Positions 61,056 through 64,000 of a stretch of 64,000 nucleotides of DNA are shown here, piece after piece. Every line of letters begins with the position of its first letter. Positions within the stretch are counted from its first letter, which is position 1. The DNA lies in assembly GCF_036321535.1 (NCBI RefSeq), contig NC_087437.1, forward strand, positions 50,284,001-50,348,000. Direction: 5' to 3'. The notes beneath the pieces are model-generated. The model was not told the DNA's origin. It did not search any database and worked only from the letters and a program-made list of their open reading frames with translations. Position numbers and translations under genes: made by a program. This DNA is from Camelus dromedarius. Lineage: Eukaryota.

Positions 61056-64000
61056 GTAGGTACCTCCGCCCCTCACCTCCCGGGCGCGGGTGGCAGGGAA
61101 AGGCCGGCGGCGCGGAGCCGCGAGGCCCCGGCGCAGGCTCTGGGCTAGGCCGCAGCGGAGGCGCTCGCGGGAGAAGCCCCTCGCAGCCCCGGCACACGTC
61201 TCGCCTCTGGCCCGGCTCACGGAGGTCGGCGGCGGGAGGCGGCCGTTCCTGCAGCGCTTCTTGGTTACTCCCTCCTCCTAGGCGGCTGCGGCCAGAAGTG
61301 GGGTCTGGAGCCGGGTCGGCGTCCCCCCACCCCGAGGATATAGGGCGAGGGAACGGAAAGAGTTGGTCTGGGGAGAAAAAACAGGCTTGTTTTTCTTTCC
61401 TCTAACAATTTGGGACACGTTTGAGTGAAGGGGAGGGGGAGGACTAGTCTTCTGCCCCCTCTCCTCGCTGTTTTCAAGGTTGCAGTTGATTATCTAGGAG
61501 AAGGGGACCTTATCTAGTCTACCCCTCTCAATGAAACAAATTTTACTCGAGGACTGGGTTAGGGAAAGAAAGAATATTTCAACACCCCGTCTAGTTTCGC
61601 AAAAGATTAGTACGATAGTTATGAAGGACTGTTTTCCTTACTACCTTGTCCTCACCCCACCCCAAGTGAAACTTTTGGAATGCGAACCTTATACGTTTTT
61701 CCGTTCTCCTCGAGGCAGTTTGAGTGAGACCTGTTGGAACCAATGATTGACTTTTCAGTTTTACTGGAACATCTGGAGGAAAAAAGGAATCTTAGAAAAG
61801 GATGATTTAAGGCATCTAAAAAGCGCCACCTGTCTCAGAATTAATTCACAGAGAAAAATCTGTCTTGTCGGCTGGCAACTACAGCATCCAAAATACAGAA
61901 CTTAAGGGAATATTGATAATTAAGACATAAATTGCTCCTGGCTGGGGAAGCCTAACCTTATCTCCATGATGAGGTCTGTTTCTGGCTGCTGCTTAATTTC
62001 TAAATCGCATTAGTAAATAAATGCTTCTACAGTTCCGTGTTCTCATTTACTAATTCAAAAGGCGGTGAAGCAGAAACGACTTTTGTGGGACTAAAGCGTT
62101 GATACCTCTTTTTCCCCGCTCTAGAACAACATTTTTATGTTGAGGCTGAAATGTTATGTTCATGCTGTTTCAGAGCCAGCCTTCTGTTAATTCATTTTGC
62201 AGTGGGCATCATTCTCAAAAAAAAAAAAAAAAAAAAACTAACACGTAAAACTAGGACTGTCTACCACTCCTTCAAACAAATGTTGGCTCTCTATTTTTAG
62301 CTAAGTGTAAATTCAGATATCCCAGATATATGCCTTGTTAGGAAACCAAGCTAATGATGTCATTATAATACCATATTGTTGCAATACTTTGGCTTTGTTG
62401 CAGTAAGCTGCAGCTTGGTAACTTGACTCTGGAAGTTAATTATTACAGGTAAATAATCTCATGATCTCATGCTTTTGATTTGCCCATCGCCATGTATGGA
62501 AGACTTAACTGATGGTGTTTTGTGTGCTAGGAAGATCATTTTAAAGTAATTCTCTTAAAGTTTGTTCTAGTAGATTAAGACACCTCTTCTTAGTGTTAGG
62601 TATTTTTGTTAACCTGAATAAAGTCCTGATTGTATAACCATTCTCATCTCCAAGACAGTCTGATAATGTTTTTTAAAATGGCTTAGAATGAACACAACTA
62701 AAAGGAAGGGCAGGAAGTTGTGTGGTTAATTTACAAGACAACTGCATTATGGGGTGGTTAACAAGTTGAGCAAGTTGCTGTGCATAAAAAATGCTATCTC
62801 TGACATTGGTTGCTCACCTCGCTGGTTTTACTTTTAAGTTATCAGATCTTTCAAGTATGTAATAAGACCTATGCCAATGTAGGACTTTGTCTCTCTGATT
62901 AAGTTTGTATAGTCACTTAAATTATACATTGAGGACAGGTGGATACACAGAGTAATGGAAGTATATTTTACCATTCCAGTCGTAAACAGCCATTCTAGTT
63001 ACTACACCAGGAATTATTCAACTCAAAGTCTAGTTTAAATCACACAAACTTCCATTTGCTCAGTAGATTGAGCCTTTTAGCAATAGGTTCATTTAAAAAT
63101 TTCAGATATATGGGACAAATTTGGGAAAATAAGCAGATCACAAAGACAGGTGTGTTTCTGGAGTTTTAAACACACTTTATTCATTATAAAAATCCTGATT
63201 TTCAACACCTTAAGTTGTCTAGCCAAAAGAAAAGTTTGTTGTCATTTTATTACAGAGACGACCCCTATGTTCTAGTAATTTTTCTCTAATTAAAAAAAGT
63301 TTGACTCCTTAAATCTCCACGAAGTATTTTCACTTCTTGACATAGTGAGAAAAATTAGGCCATTGTCAGAAGTTGATGTTTTCCTTTGGGGAAGTAGACT
63401 GAAAAGATTGGAATACTCTTTCCTTTTCTTTTTCTTTCTCTTATGTTCTTTCTTTCTTTTGGGTCTCACAATGCTAAAGTTATTTTACAGTAAAAATTTT
63501 TTTCTTATGATGTCTTTCTCTACAATTAGTATTATTTATAGTGTGCTTATTTCTAGCATCATATTATGTATGTTAACTCAGAGATGACAGCACCTTGATT
63601 ATGATAGTGAAAATGCCATTAACTACTCGCTGTATTTTAATATTTAGATTTGTATGGTGCCCATTAACCACATTGGCAATTAAAATTCTAATTAACTAAA
63701 AAATCCATGTGATACCATATTGGATAATTCAGAGTAGAACATTTTCATTATTACAGAAAATTCAATTGCACAGTGCTAATTTAGAATTAAATGAAAGTCT
63801 TTGTCAATTCATATTTTAGTTGATATGTAATATTTCTTTACAGGGCAAGGTAATGCTATGTTTTTAAAGTACTTACTGTTTGCAGACATGAAGTGCTAAA
63901 TACTGGAGACTCAAATGTAGGTCACAAGGGCCTTGTTTATCTCTGTGTGCTCAGTGTCTCACACAATACTTGACAGAGCAGGCACTAGGTACATGTTTGC
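61056..64000 (+). other. ATP11B: ATP11B intron 1 (5' part, runs off the window)
   Basis: Starts at the GT donor; no sequence encoding the expected exon 2 start (GFDPP...) recognised downstream. Confidence 0.8.

Larger units (their letters stand above)
60490..61350. promoter_or_regulatory. CpG-island promoter / exon 1 of ATP11B
   Basis: Abrupt switch from AT-rich, CpG-depleted DNA to very GC- and CpG-rich DNA surrounding the first exon; no TATA box seen. Confidence 0.92.

Noticed and set aside
60378..61477. Multiple overlapping G/P/A/R-rich ORFs on both strands
   Set aside because: Expected from stop-codon scarcity in a CpG island; only the 9-codon ATP11B exon and the ATG-initiated uORFs have supporting context.
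1..64000. CRISPR arrays, operons, rRNA or intact retroviral gag/pol/env
   Set aside because: No regularly spaced repeat-spacer units, no long ORFs and no rRNA-like sequence; all ERV material seen is LTR-only.

Overview
Mammalian genomic DNA, most likely camelid (alpaca/llama/camel), judged from six tRNA-Ala-derived vic-1-type SINEs. About 60 kb is intergenic and rich in interspersed repeats: young and old L1s, ERV1/ERVL/MaLR solo LTRs, MIR, L2 and hAT DNA-transposon relics. It ends in a CpG-island promoter, first coding exon (MWRWVRQQL, 61029-61055, +) and start of intron 1 of the P4-ATPase lipid flippase gene ATP11B. By synteny the upstream part should be the distal end of the SOX2-ATP11B gene desert. 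I found no other credible protein-coding gene, no CRISPR or prokaryotic-type system, and no convincing novel biological system. The observations most worth checking are: an ERV1 LTR with an internal fossil polypurine tract and a second TGAAAC end; upstream ORFs, a GGC repeat and a tandem splice donor in ATP11B exon 1; L1 insertions with atypical target sites; and candidate enhancer blocks. Repeat family names are from recognition, not database searches, and old-repeat boundaries are approximate.
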